Below, in pieces: positions 1 to 9,231 of a stretch of DNA of 64,000 nt. The stretch comes from Archangium sp. (lineage in GTDB: Bacteria > Myxococcota > Myxococcia > Myxococcales > Myxococcaceae), in the NCBI RefSeq assembly GCF_035633935.1, contig NZ_DASQDY010000434.1, positions 1,007 through 65,006 of the forward strand, in the 5' to 3' direction. Within the stretch, counting starts at the first letter, position 1. The number at the start of each line of letters is the position of its first letter. Position numbers and translations under genes: made by a program. Below the pieces are notes generated by a model. That model had not been told where the DNA came from. It did not search any database and saw only the letters and a program-made list of their open reading frames with translations.

Positions 1-1797
1 CCGGTCCACCCTGGCAGGGTCGATGTTGAGGCCCGTGGTCGGCGGCAGGGCCGCGTGTGTCGTCACGCCGAAGCGGTCACTGTTGTCATTCAGGACCACG
101 CCGCACAAGGGCTCTGGAGGACCCTGGGGCGTCGGGTGCACCCGGTCGAAGGAGATGTAGACCCGATCCGGGAAGACCCTCGCCTCTCCGGTCACCCTCA
201 ATCCCGTTTCATCCTGCAGGATGAGCATGCCCTCCATGGGCCCACTCTTGACGTTGACCGCGTTGCAGTCCTGCGGCGGGACCGAGCCCGCGCAGGTGAC
301 GGTCATCAGTCGGACTTCCATGATGGGATCGAGACCCAGGCGACTGGCCGTGGCGCGGGCTTCGGGAGGGCACTGCTCGAGGATGCGGCCCATGTCGGGA
401 CGTACGGGCGCGCTCGCACAGGCCGCCAGGTGGGCTGAGGCGGCCCAGGTGCACAGCAGCGCGCACAGCCCACGGGTGGGCTGGAAGGAGGTGTCATCGG
501 CACGGCTGGAGGAAAACATGGGGTGGAGTCCTTTCTCGAGGCTGTCCGCGCCGGAGCACGCCACCTCCACGGCGGACGCATATCCGGCGCGAACAACCTT
601 CCACACTACTCCGAGCAGCACCCACCCGAGGGCGAGCACCAGCAGTGCCACTCCCCCATACCACCGCCACCCCGGCGACTTCCGTGCGCCCTCTGGTTGC
701 CCGTGCCCGGCCGGGGAAGGGGCCTCTGCCACTTGCTCCTCGGGAGGTGGCACGGAGCCCTCCTCAGGTCGAGGCGTGGTTTCCTCCGGCTGCCGAGCCG
801 GTTCTCCTCCCGTGCCCAGGGCGGCCCTCGGCCGCTTGATCGCCAGGGCCGCGGCCTCCGAGGGCTCCGCGAAGGCGTACGGCACCGTCCAGGGCTCCGT
901 CTTCCCCTCTGCTTCCAACATCCGCATCAGCTCCTCGTGGACGGCCCGGGCACTCGGAGGGCGCTGCTCCGGCTTCTTCGCCAGCAGCCGCAGCGTCAGG
1001 TCGTTCAGGCCCGGCGGCACTCGCGGGTCGAGCCGCAGGGGCGGCACCGGTGGCAGCGACTCGATGGCGAGCGCGAGCACCTCCTTGGGCAGCCGGGGGC
1101 TGAAGGCGTGGCAATCCGTGAGGGCCTCGTAGAGCAGGGTCCCGATGCCATAGAGGTCCATGGCGGGATGGGCGGGCAGGCGTGCCCCGGACTCCCACTC
1201 GCCGCCGAGCAGGAAGGCCGCGCACTCGGGAGGCATGTTGTGGAACGTGCCCGGCGGCAGCACCTGTGTCAGCGTGTAGCCCCCCGGCAGGTACGCCGAG
1301 CCGAAGTCGGTGAGGAAGGGCTTCTCGTCCCCATCCCTCACCAGGATGTTGTCGGCCTTGATGTCGCGGTGCACCACGCCCCGCTCGTGCAGGTCCGCCA
1401 CCACCCGCGTCACCTCGGCCAGCTTGCCCACGAAGCGGTGCAGCGGGGCCTGCGTCCTCCACCGCCACGGGTTGAAGGTGCTGCCGGGGATGTAGTCGGT
1501 GACGACGAAGAAGAAGCCCGACTTCAGGTCGGGCCAGCGCCCCAGCTCGTGCACCCTGGGCAGGTGCGGGTGGCGGAAGTGCCCCAGCGCCACCGCCTCC
1601 CGGAAGGCCCGTTCATCTGTGCGCGTCTCGTCTTTCTTGCTCGGCGGACGCGCGGCGACCTTCATGGTGTATTCATGGCCTTCATGCTCCACGAGCAGGA
1701 CGGTGGAGAAGCCTCCAGAGCCCAGGTGGCGCACCACCCGGTAGTGCCACACGGTGTCTCCCGGCTGGAGCAGGTCCGGATGCGAGGGGCTCGTCAT
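1..1797 (-). CDS. Ser/Thr protein kinase with TM segment and extracytoplasmic C-terminal domain (3' end runs off the window; absent from ORF track)
   Basis: Manual minus-strand translation from ATG 1797: LGSGGFSTV Gly-loop, VHRDIKADNIL catalytic loop, DFG, Pro-rich linker, hydrophobic GGVALLVLALGWVLLGVVW. Frame stays open to base 1. ATGA overlap with the upstream DUF2381 gene. Confidence 0.9.
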   Translation of the reverse strand, partial: MTSPSHPDLLQPGDTVWHYRVVRHLGSGGFSTVLLVEHEGHEYTMKVAARPPSKKDETRTDERAFREAVALGHFRHPHLPRVHELGRWPDLKSGFFFVVTDYIPGSTFNPWRWRTQAPLHRFVGKLAEVTRVVADLHERGVVHRDIKADNILVRDGDEKPFLTDFGSAYLPGGYTLTQVLPPGTFHNMPPECAAFLLGGEWESGARLPAHPAMDLYGIGTLLYEALTDCHAFSPRLPKEVLALAIESLPPVPPLRLDPRVPPGLNDLTLRLLAKKPEQRPPSARAVHEELMRMLEAEGKTEPWTVPYAFAEPSEAAALAIKRPRAALGTGGEPARQPEETTPRPEEGSVPPPEEQVAEAPSPAGHGQPEGARKSPGWRWYGGVALLVLALGWVLLGVVWKVVRAGYASAVEVACSGADSLEKGLHPMFSSSRADDTSFQPTRGLCALLCTWAASAHLAACASAPVRPDMGRILEQCPPEARATASRLGLDPIMEVRLMTVTCAGSVPPQDCNAVNVKSGPMEGMLILQDETGLRVTGEARVFPDRVYISFDRVHPTPQGPPEPLCGVVLNDNSDRFGVTTHAALPPTTGLNIDPARVDR

Positions 1798-2651
1798 GGG
1801 GACACCTTCAGCCCATCGAGTTGCAGCGTCCGGGGGCCGTCCTCCTCCAGGGTGAGTGAAAAGCAACGGACGCCCTCTGGCAGTGGGGCGATGAAAGCGT
1901 GGAACTGCTTTCGACCTGACACCCCAGAGGAGATGCGTGGGGGCAGGCTCTCGGCTCCCGAGGGTGACTCCTGACGGCACCCCGCCTCCAACCGGGCCCG
2001 GATGAGTTGCCAGGGCGTGGAGTGGGGCCAGTCGGCCTGAATGAGCACCGTCACGAAGAGAAGCCCGTCCATCTGGAGGACGGAAACGGCCGAGGCCCGG
2101 ATGCCACTGACGTACCGGGTGACCTGCTCGCGATCCGGAATGTCGAGGGCCAGCTTGGGAGGGGCGCCTGCTGGCCCGTGGCTCGCGAGCAGTCTCCTGG
2201 CGACGGCGCCCACCTCGTTGGCGTCCGCCGCATCCACCTGCTGGAGCAACACCCGGGACACCCAGGCCTCGGCGTCCACCGCCTCCTCGCGGGTGACGAG
2301 CGCCAGTGTCAGGGTGAGGGACTCGCCGGCCTTGGTGCGTCCCGTCACCGGGAGCAGGAGGCGCTCCCCCTGGGCCAGGTCGCGCAGGGGGGAGACGACC
2401 AGGGAGCCCTCTCCCAGCGGGGCCACCTCGACGCGCCCCTGGAACTCGGGCCCTGGGCGTGCACGCGGCTCCAGGAGGTCCGCGAAGCGCAGCCGGGTCA
2501 CCGTGCCCGCGGCCACGTACAGCACGGGAGGCGCTTCCGGCTGACCCGCGACGAGCAGGGTGCCCCGCCGCGATACCCGCTCGGAGGCCTGTGCGGCTGT
2601 CGTGGAGACGAGGAGGAGCCAGAGCAGGAGGAGACAGGGACGAGGGCGCAT
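1794..2651 (-). CDS. DUF2381-family protein (secreted, myxobacterial kinase partner)
   Basis: ATG 2651 preceded by GGAGG; signal peptide MRPRPCLLLLWLLLVSTTAAQA; LYVAAGTVTRLRF...VDAEAWV pattern; coupled to the kinase, the usual context of this family. Confidence 0.75.
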   Translation of the reverse strand: MRPRPCLLLLWLLLVSTTAAQASERVSRRGTLLVAGQPEAPPVLYVAAGTVTRLRFADLLEPRARPGPEFQGRVEVAPLGEGSLVVSPLRDLAQGERLLLPVTGRTKAGESLTLTLALVTREEAVDAEAWVSRVLLQQVDAADANEVGAVARRLLASHGPAGAPPKLALDIPDREQVTRYVSGIRASAVSVLQMDGLLFVTVLIQADWPHSTPWQLIRARLEAGCRQESPSGAESLPPRISSGVSGRKQFHAFIAPLPEGVRCFSLTLEEDGPRTLQLDGLKVSP

Positions 2652-2839
2652 GAAGCCTCCGGGAGGAGGCGGCACGGTAAGGAGCCCGTCAGCGCCGGGC
2701 AAGGACGACGTGACTCCTGTGGTCACGCCGGAACAGAGGACTCGAAAAATAGAGCCCCCTCATGCTCTGTCTCAATCGTCATACAGCCCTGCCAGAAACT
2801 CCAGCAGCGTCGGCGAAGACATCGTGAGACCGGGTGGCC

Positions 2840-3676
2840 TCACTCCCCACGGGACTTGAGTTGCTCCAGTTCGCTCTGGAGTTCCGCCAGCCGGCGCTCT
2901 GCTTCCTGGCGTCGGCGTACCTCTTCCGCGCGCTGATGCTCCGCCTCCTCGCGTCGGCGTACCTCTTCCGCGCGCTGCCGGGCCTCCTCGTCCACTCGCC
3001 GCTGGACCCCGTCCAGCATCTCCCTCAGCCGCTCGTTCATCTCCTCCGACTCCAGCAGCAGGGCGCGGCCCGCCCAGAAGCGCAGTCTTCCTCCCTCCAA
3101 CTGCAGGTCCAGCCCCAGCACCTCCGAGGTGTACCGGCCCTGCCTCGACTCCATCCGCTCGTACTCCCTCGCCTTGGGCGAGGGCAGCCGGTACGCCTCC
3201 AGCCTCTCCCGCGCCCGGTCGTAGATGAAGTACTCGGGTATCCCCAGCCGGGCGTAGCGCCGCACGTTGTACTCGGCGTCCTTCTTGCGATCGCCGCCCA
3301 CGTGCACCTCCATCACCCAGTCCAGCCCCTTGCCCTCCTGGCTCACCACCCACTTGCCGCGCGGGTGCGTCTCGGCGTCCAGCACCACCAGCAGATCCGG
3401 CGCGAAGCGCCTCTCGCCCGGGTAGTAGATGGGCAGCTCCGCGCCCACGTACACCCGGCGCCGCTGCTGCTTGAAGTAGCCCCGGAGTGCATCCAAGGCC
3501 TGCCGCTTCCCCTCGTAGTGCAGGTCCCCCTCCGGCATCGCCATCTCATCCCACGTCACCTCCGCGGGAAGGGACTCCACCACCTGTTCCCTCTCCTCCA
3601 TGCTCATCGCCTCCCACTCCTGCTGTGTGGGGGCTCGGGGAAAGGTCTCCGCATCACTCCGTCGGTCGTGCGCCAT
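2840..3676 (-). CDS. Uma2 (DUF820) family endonuclease-like protein with C-terminal coiled coil
   Basis: MPEGDLH, FAPDLLVV, VMEVHVGGDRKKD, YARLGIPEYFIYD motifs; charged RAEE repeats at the C-terminus. Confidence 0.88.
   Translation of the reverse strand: MAHDRRSDAETFPRAPTQQEWEAMSMEEREQVVESLPAEVTWDEMAMPEGDLHYEGKRQALDALRGYFKQQRRRVYVGAELPIYYPGERRFAPDLLVVLDAETHPRGKWVVSQEGKGLDWVMEVHVGGDRKKDAEYNVRRYARLGIPEYFIYDRARERLEAYRLPSPKAREYERMESRQGRYTSEVLGLDLQLEGGRLRFWAGRALLLESEEMNERLREMLDGVQRRVDEEARQRAEEVRRREEAEHQRAEEVRRRQEAERRLAELQSELEQLKSRGE
2909..2977. repeat. Tandem repeat, 42-bp period, within the Uma2 coiled coil
   Basis: GCGTCGGCGTACCTCTTCCGCGCGCTG occurs exactly at 2909-2935 and 2951-2977. Confidence 0.9.
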
Positions 3677-4268
3677 ACCCTCGCAGCGTGAGGCGGGTGA
3701 CCTCCCAGGTCAATCTCCCGCCGCCCTTCCCGTCACCCGCCCAACCTCGTTTCCCGAGGTCCTTCCGCCCGCGGCCCGCTGCTGGCGGTAGCGCGACACA
3801 GAGCAAGTCACGGGCCGGACCCGGCGCGCCCTGCCTCCCGAGAGAAGCGGTCCGCGCCACGCCGTCGACCCAGCCCGCAGGCACGGACTCGGCGTCCGGC
3901 AGCGGAGATGCCGCTGCCTGGAACAATGAACCCCCGCCCCGCTGGCGAGAGAGCCACGCACGGCCCTGCCCGTTTTCGCCGCGGGAGCCGCCCGCCTCGT
4001 GCATTCCAGAAAACGGGTTCGGGCTCGGCTCTGGGCCTGGAAGTGGCACAACGCGCTCTGCGGACCAACGACTACCGCGTCCTCGGCTCGACCCAGGAGT
4101 TCCGTGAGTTCAAGCTTCCGATTGACCTCCCGGGCGATAATTCCTTGTCACACTTCTACCTGGAGAAGACGGTCAACAAGAACCCCCGCTGCCCGGGCCT
4201 CCGCCCACCGCATGCAAAACCGGGTTAAAATGCGATCTCGGAATACCTGACCGAAAGGGAACAGAGCC

Positions 4269-5582
4269 ATGGGCAATCGTCGATATGAAGTACCGCGGGT
4301 GGGGAGTTGGCAGTTGGTACTCGCGGGTATGGCCGCCACGTTCGTCGCCTGCGGGGCAGACGCGGGTGGACCGGAGGAGCGCTCGGGCACGGTGCAGCAG
4401 GCTCTCTCGACCTGCTCGTACACGATCACGACGAACACCTACCAGGGCAGCCCTGAGTACTGGGGCACGATCACGTTCCGCAACACCGGCACGAGTGCCA
4501 TGACGAGCCCCCAGATCGCCTTCAGTGTCCCCAGTGGCGTGGTCTGCGATTACGACGAGCCGGGGTGGACGCACACGCAGAGCGGCACGACCTGCACGTA
4601 CTCGAGGACCTCGAGCCTGACGATTGGCGTGAACGCTTCGTACACGTTCTACTACTCCACGAACTCAACCGCATCGTTCACGGCCGCCAACGTCCAGATC
4701 AGCGACCCCAGTTGCGGTGGGAGCGGGAGCGGCGGGTTGACCGCCAACCAGAAGAAGGTGGCGGAAGCCCTCACCAGCATCTGGGAGAACGACACGCCCG
4801 CCATCAACTACGCGTACTCGGAGAACATCTACGACGGCCGCGGGTACACGAACGGGCGCGCGGGCTTCTGCACCGGGACGGGCGACGCAATCATGGTCAT
4901 CGAGTGCTACAATGGCCTGCGGAGCGCCGCCAACGGCAACCTGATGGCCAGGTACATGCCGGGGCTCACCACCATCAACAACCGCTTCCTCTCGACGGGC
5001 GAGTCCCAGGCTTCGACGGCCGAGCTCGACGTGATCGGCAACTGGCGAAGCGATTGGGCCGCGAGCTACAACAACACCACCACCCGGGCGGACTTCAAGA
5101 GCTGCCAGGATCAGATCAACGACCGCCTCTACTACACCCCGGCGATGAACGAGGCCATGAAGTGGGGGCTCACCACGGCGCTCACGAAGGCCGCGCTGTA
5201 CGACGCGTTCATCAACCACGGGGAGGATGGTGCCCGGTCCCTCATCTCGGCCGCCAACTCCGCCCTCGGCAATGCAGGGCAGGTGGCGCCCGTGATTGGC
5301 TACAACGGCATCACCGAGAACGCCTGGCTGCAGAAGTTCCTCGAGAAGCGCCGCAACACGCTCGCCGCCGATTCGACGTGGATCGAAGCAGTCGATCGTG
5401 TCGCCGCCTACGAGAAGCTGCGCAGGCAGGGCAACTGGAGCCTGGCCACGGCCTTCAGGAACGATGTCCGCGCCCGGGACTGCTGGGGCACGGCCTACCC
5501 GAGCAGTGGGTACACGGTGCGCAACATCAACCCTGACGGGACCTGGAGCACACCGAGTTCGTACACCTACTCGTGTAACTAG
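4269..5582 (+). CDS. Chitosanase (GH46) with N-terminal CBM2-like module, probable lipoprotein
   Basis: YSENIYDGRGYTNGRAGFCTGTGDA matches the GH46 signature; Thr/Trp-rich beta module (YWGTITFRNTG...W..TQSG); GSGSGG linker; FVAC lipobox-like motif. Confidence 0.85.
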   Translation: MGNRRYEVPRVGSWQLVLAGMAATFVACGADAGGPEERSGTVQQALSTCSYTITTNTYQGSPEYWGTITFRNTGTSAMTSPQIAFSVPSGVVCDYDEPGWTHTQSGTTCTYSRTSSLTIGVNASYTFYYSTNSTASFTAANVQISDPSCGGSGSGGLTANQKKVAEALTSIWENDTPAINYAYSENIYDGRGYTNGRAGFCTGTGDAIMVIECYNGLRSAANGNLMARYMPGLTTINNRFLSTGESQASTAELDVIGNWRSDWAASYNNTTTRADFKSCQDQINDRLYYTPAMNEAMKWGLTTALTKAALYDAFINHGEDGARSLISAANSALGNAGQVAPVIGYNGITENAWLQKFLEKRRNTLAADSTWIEAVDRVAAYEKLRRQGNWSLATAFRNDVRARDCWGTAYPSSGYTVRNINPDGTWSTPSSYTYSCN

Positions 5583-5699
5583 AGACACGAGTACTGGATG
5601 AGAGGGGCCGACGCCGACTCCATTCCGCGTTTCACCGCGAGTGGTGACGAGCACCTGTCCCGTCTCCGAAGAAAACCCGTGGTCTGGCCACGAGGAAGA

Positions 5700-6143
5700 T
5701 CAGAGGGAGCCGGGCGGTGGGGCGGTGGCCTCCGTTTCGAGCTCCTCCTCCTCGGCGGCGCGGGCGGCCTCGTCGGCGGTGGAGTCCAGCCGGGACTTCT
5801 CCTGGGCCAGCAGCTGGATGGCGCGCTGCGCGTGCTCCTCGCCGACCATGATCTCCCACCAGGGCTCCAGGGAGCCGGTGGTGAGCGCGTCCACGACACC
5901 ATCGCGGCGCGGCCGGACGAAGACGGGGATGTGCTCGGCCTCCAGCACGCGGACGTAGTCCTCCGCGGTGAATGGGTCCTCCGCGGTGGTGGCCCGGACG
6001 AACTTGCGGGTGGCGCTCTCGCTGGACAGCGGGGTGTGAGGCTGGCGCAGGGTCTCCGCGTCCACCAGCTCGACGCCAGGGCAGTCCGCGCACTCCTTCA
6101 CCCCGTCCTGGTACTCGGAACCGCACTGCATGCAGTATTTCAT
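5700..6143 (-). CDS. Zn-ribbon plus DUF2007-like small protein
   Basis: ATG 6143 after GGAGG; CMQC...CADC ribbon; VLEAEHIPVFV...WWEIMVGEEHAQRAIQLL pattern. Confidence 0.7.
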   Translation of the reverse strand: MKYCMQCGSEYQDGVKECADCPGVELVDAETLRQPHTPLSSESATRKFVRATTAEDPFTAEDYVRVLEAEHIPVFVRPRRDGVVDALTTGSLEPWWEIMVGEEHAQRAIQLLAQEKSRLDSTADEAARAAEEEELETEATAPPPGSL

Positions 6144-6202
6144 CGTGCCTCCCTCCAGGAACAACACCCTGGCAACCGGGCACGAGGTTAGCACGCCCCG
6201 GC

Positions 6203-6559
6203 TCAGTGCCTGGCTGCTTCCCCGAGGCTTCCCACGGCGGCTGACAAACGCTCGACATCTATGGGCTTGCGCAGCACCACGTCACAACAGCCGGCTTCCA
6301 CGTTCGTGTAGCCGGACACGAGGATGACCCCCGCCTTGGGCTGGCGGTGCTTCACCTCCTGGGCGAGTTCAGTGCCACACATGCCGGGCAGCGACTCGTC
6401 CGTGACCACCACGTCGGGGTGGCCGTCCTCGAAGGCCCTCAACCCCGCGAGCCCGTCCGGCGCCGTGATGACGTCGAAGTCCATCTCGAGCAGCTCCGCG
6501 AGGAGTTCCCGGCTGTCGCCGTCATCCTCGACCAGCAACACCTTGATTCGCTCTCTCAT
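6203..6559 (-). CDS. Single-domain response regulator (receiver)
   Basis: VLLVEDD, DVVVTDESLPGMCG, VILVSG, VLRKP. Confidence 0.9.
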   Translation of the reverse strand: MRERIKVLLVEDDGDSRELLAELLEMDFDVITAPDGLAGLRAFEDGHPDVVVTDESLPGMCGTELAQEVKHRQPKAGVILVSGYTNVEAGCCDVVLRKPIDVERLSAAVGSLGEAARH

Positions 6560-6710
6560 GCCACTGAGCAACCCTGGAGATGCGCCAGGACATCCATGCG
6601 ACTCCGACGCTCCGTCCCTGGCCAGGGGAGCAGCCGAGGGAGCTTGCCGCGCTGCCGCTCACCGAATGTCTCCGGGCTGTCCATTTTGAGGGTCCAAGGG
6701 AGGTGACGCC

Positions 6711-7055
6711 ATGAAGGTGTTGATGCGAGGAGTCCACCTGGAGTTGACGGATTCGCTGCGGGACTACGCCAACCAGCATCTGGTGGACCCCATCGCCAAG
6801 TACATCGACGACGAGGCGACCGAGGTCGAGATCGCGCTGGTGGACATCAACGGTCCGAAAGGGGGGGTGGACCAGGAGTGCCGGGTGACGGTGCGGATGC
6901 CGGGTTTCGCGGCCACGCACATCACGGCGACGGCGGAGACGATGTTCCAGGCGATCGACTCGGCGCGCGACCGGTTGGAGAATACCATCAAGCGCACCGT
7001 GGAGAAGCGGCGGGAGGCGAGCAGCCAGGGCCTCCCCCAGGACGTACGCTTCTAG
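6711..7055 (+). CDS. HPF/RaiA-family ribosome-associated protein (short form)
   Basis: RGVHLELTDSLRDY, GPKGGVDQECRV, AIDSARDRLE; GGAGG RBS. Confidence 0.85.
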   Translation: MKVLMRGVHLELTDSLRDYANQHLVDPIAKYIDDEATEVEIALVDINGPKGGVDQECRVTVRMPGFAATHITATAETMFQAIDSARDRLENTIKRTVEKRREASSQGLPQDVRF

Positions 7056-7182
7056 CGCACGGGCGGAGCCCGGACCCCTCGGTGGGTGTCCGGGCTCCCA
7101 GGCGGACCTACCCTGATTCTTGCTGGCCCCGAGCGGTGGACGCTATAAGCGGGACCCTTCACCCCCGGGCTAAAGGTCGGCG

Positions 7183-9126
7183 ATGGTCCGCTTCAAGTTC
7201 TTCATCTTCGCACTCCTGGTCCTCGGACTCGGGGTGGCGCATCTCCCCCTGGTGTCGGGACCGCTGATCGCCCGGGCCGTTGAAGATGCCTCCGCGCCGG
7301 CCACGGCGGCCATCGCCGAGGTGGCCCGCTCCTTCGAGGTGCGCCGGCTCGCCGTGCAGGGTCTGGCGCTGAAGCTGGCGGCGAGCCCGGACGTGGCCGC
7401 CGCGGTGCAGCCCCAGGTGGTGCCGCTGCCCAGGGGCAAGGGCATCCGCGTCGTGGAGCCGCCCACGGACGAGCGCTTCACCGGCCTGCGCGCCGCCGCG
7501 AAGGAGCTGGTGCCCGAGCCGCTCGCGGGCTCCCTCGTCCTCGCGCTCGCCACCCAGGAAGGCGCTCTGTATGCGCGCGCCGGGGGCGAGCCCGCCTCGG
7601 ACGACAAGCTCGACGTGCAGGCGCTGCTGAAGGCGGGCAGCGAGGGCTTGTGGGTGGATGCGTTCGACGCGCCCCACGTCTTCTACTCCGTGCCGGTGTT
7701 GTGGAACCCCGAGGGCGGCCGCTCGCAGGTGGCCGCGACCCTGGTGGTGGGCGCTCCGCTGGTGGATGGCAAGGCGCTGGAGTCCGCGGCCCTGTCCTCC
7801 GGCGTCGCCGCGCTCGCGCTGGTGAAGGGCGACAAGGTGCTGGGCACCGCCGGCTCACAGAAGGAACTCGCCGACGAGGGCCTCAAGCTCTTGCGCAAGG
7901 GCCAGACAGGCCATGTGGTGCGCAGCGGCAGCGTGCGCGGGTGGCACCCCCAGGTGCCGCAGGTGAAGCTGCCGCTGTTCACCACCTTCGAGGACATCCA
8001 GGGCGGCGAGGCTCCGCTCGCGGTGGGCTCGCGCCGGGCGCTCGAGGGCGGCTTCGAGGTGGTGGCCGTGGCCAGCGTGCAGCCCTTCATGGTCGCGCTG
8101 GCGGACTACCAGCAGATCGCCCTCTTCGGGCTCACCTGCCTGCTGGGTTTCTCCCTGGTGTGGACGCTGGTGATGGGCTCTGGCCGCGGCGCCGCCCCGT
8201 CCGAGGCCCCTGTCAAGGAGAAGAAGAAGAAGGGCAAGAAGGGCCAGGAGGACGCTGGCGAGCAGGCCCCGGCGCCCGCTCCCCAGACCGCGGCGCCGCT
8301 TCCCGTGGCGCCCGTGCAGGAGCCGCCCGTGCCGGGCCCGGATGACTTCCCCTTCCCAGCGTCTCCCGCCCCCGTCGCCCAGGCCGCGTCGGCCGCGGAT
8401 CCGGGCGGGGATGCGTTCCCGTTCTCCGCGCCGCCGGCTCCGGGCGCGGATCCGTACCCCTCACCTACGGTCCCGGGCAAGGACCCGTTCGCCGCGCAGG
8501 CCGCGGAGGCGGATGCCTTCCCGTTCGCCTCGGCGGACTCGGGCGCGGGCGTAGCCACGGCGTCGCCCCGGCGTGGCGCGTTCGCCTTCGAGGACCAGCC
8601 GACGGCGGCCTACTCGCTGCAGCAGGCGGCGGATCCGTTCGCGGCGGCTACCGCGCGGGCGGGACCGCCGACCCCGGCCTACGGCAGCGAGGGCTCTCCT
8701 CCCGAGACGACCCGCGTGGCGGCCATCCCACAGGAGTTGCTCGCTCGCTCGGCCCGTCCCATGACGGGTGAGTTTCCCCTCCCGGCCCGGCGGCCGGGTC
8801 ACCCCGGCGTGGCTGCTCCCTCCGCCGCGCCCACCCCCGTCATGGGCACGCCGATGCAGGGGATGCCTCCGCCGCCTCCTCCCACGGGCGGTGGCGCCAT
8901 CGCCCTGACCGAGGAGCAGCATTTCCAGGACGTCTTCCGCGAGTTCGTGGCCACGCGCGATCAGTGCGGTGAGCCCAACGACGGCCTGACCTACGACAAG
9001 TTCGTGGCCAAGCTGCGCAAGAACAAGGAGCAGCTCGTCCAGAAGTACGCCTGCAAGACGGTGCGCTTCCAGGTGTACGTGAAGGAGGGCAAGGCCGCTC
9101 TCAAGGCCACGCCCGTCAAGGACTGA
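7183..9126 (+). CDS. MXAN_5187-family membrane protein
   Basis: Two TM segments flanking a periplasmic region, Pro-rich linker, C-terminal VFREFVATRDQCGE...YDKFVAKLRKNKEQL...FQVYVKEGKAALKATP domain. Confidence 0.75.
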   Translation: MVRFKFFIFALLVLGLGVAHLPLVSGPLIARAVEDASAPATAAIAEVARSFEVRRLAVQGLALKLAASPDVAAAVQPQVVPLPRGKGIRVVEPPTDERFTGLRAAAKELVPEPLAGSLVLALATQEGALYARAGGEPASDDKLDVQALLKAGSEGLWVDAFDAPHVFYSVPVLWNPEGGRSQVAATLVVGAPLVDGKALESAALSSGVAALALVKGDKVLGTAGSQKELADEGLKLLRKGQTGHVVRSGSVRGWHPQVPQVKLPLFTTFEDIQGGEAPLAVGSRRALEGGFEVVAVASVQPFMVALADYQQIALFGLTCLLGFSLVWTLVMGSGRGAAPSEAPVKEKKKKGKKGQEDAGEQAPAPAPQTAAPLPVAPVQEPPVPGPDDFPFPASPAPVAQAASAADPGGDAFPFSAPPAPGADPYPSPTVPGKDPFAAQAAEADAFPFASADSGAGVATASPRRGAFAFEDQPTAAYSLQQAADPFAAATARAGPPTPAYGSEGSPPETTRVAAIPQELLARSARPMTGEFPLPARRPGHPGVAAPSAAPTPVMGTPMQGMPPPPPPTGGGAIALTEEQHFQDVFREFVATRDQCGEPNDGLTYDKFVAKLRKNKEQLVQKYACKTVRFQVYVKEGKAALKATPVKD

Positions 9127-9231
9127 CGCACGGCACGCGGGACTGTTCTCCAGAGGGCTCCAGGTCTCCGGCACCTGGGGCCCTCTTGCGTTTCCTGCTA
9201 GCTCTGGCGACTCGCTCTCGAGGAGGAACGC

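Noticed and set aside
523-1974. 483-aa plus-strand ORF
   Set aside because: Antisense shadow of the minus-strand kinase, which carries all the catalytic motifs.
6179-6192. GG-N10-GC sigma-54-like motif (GGCACGAGGTTAGC)
   Set aside because: It faces the plus strand, against the two flanking minus-strand genes, and the next plus gene is over 500 bp away; likely chance.
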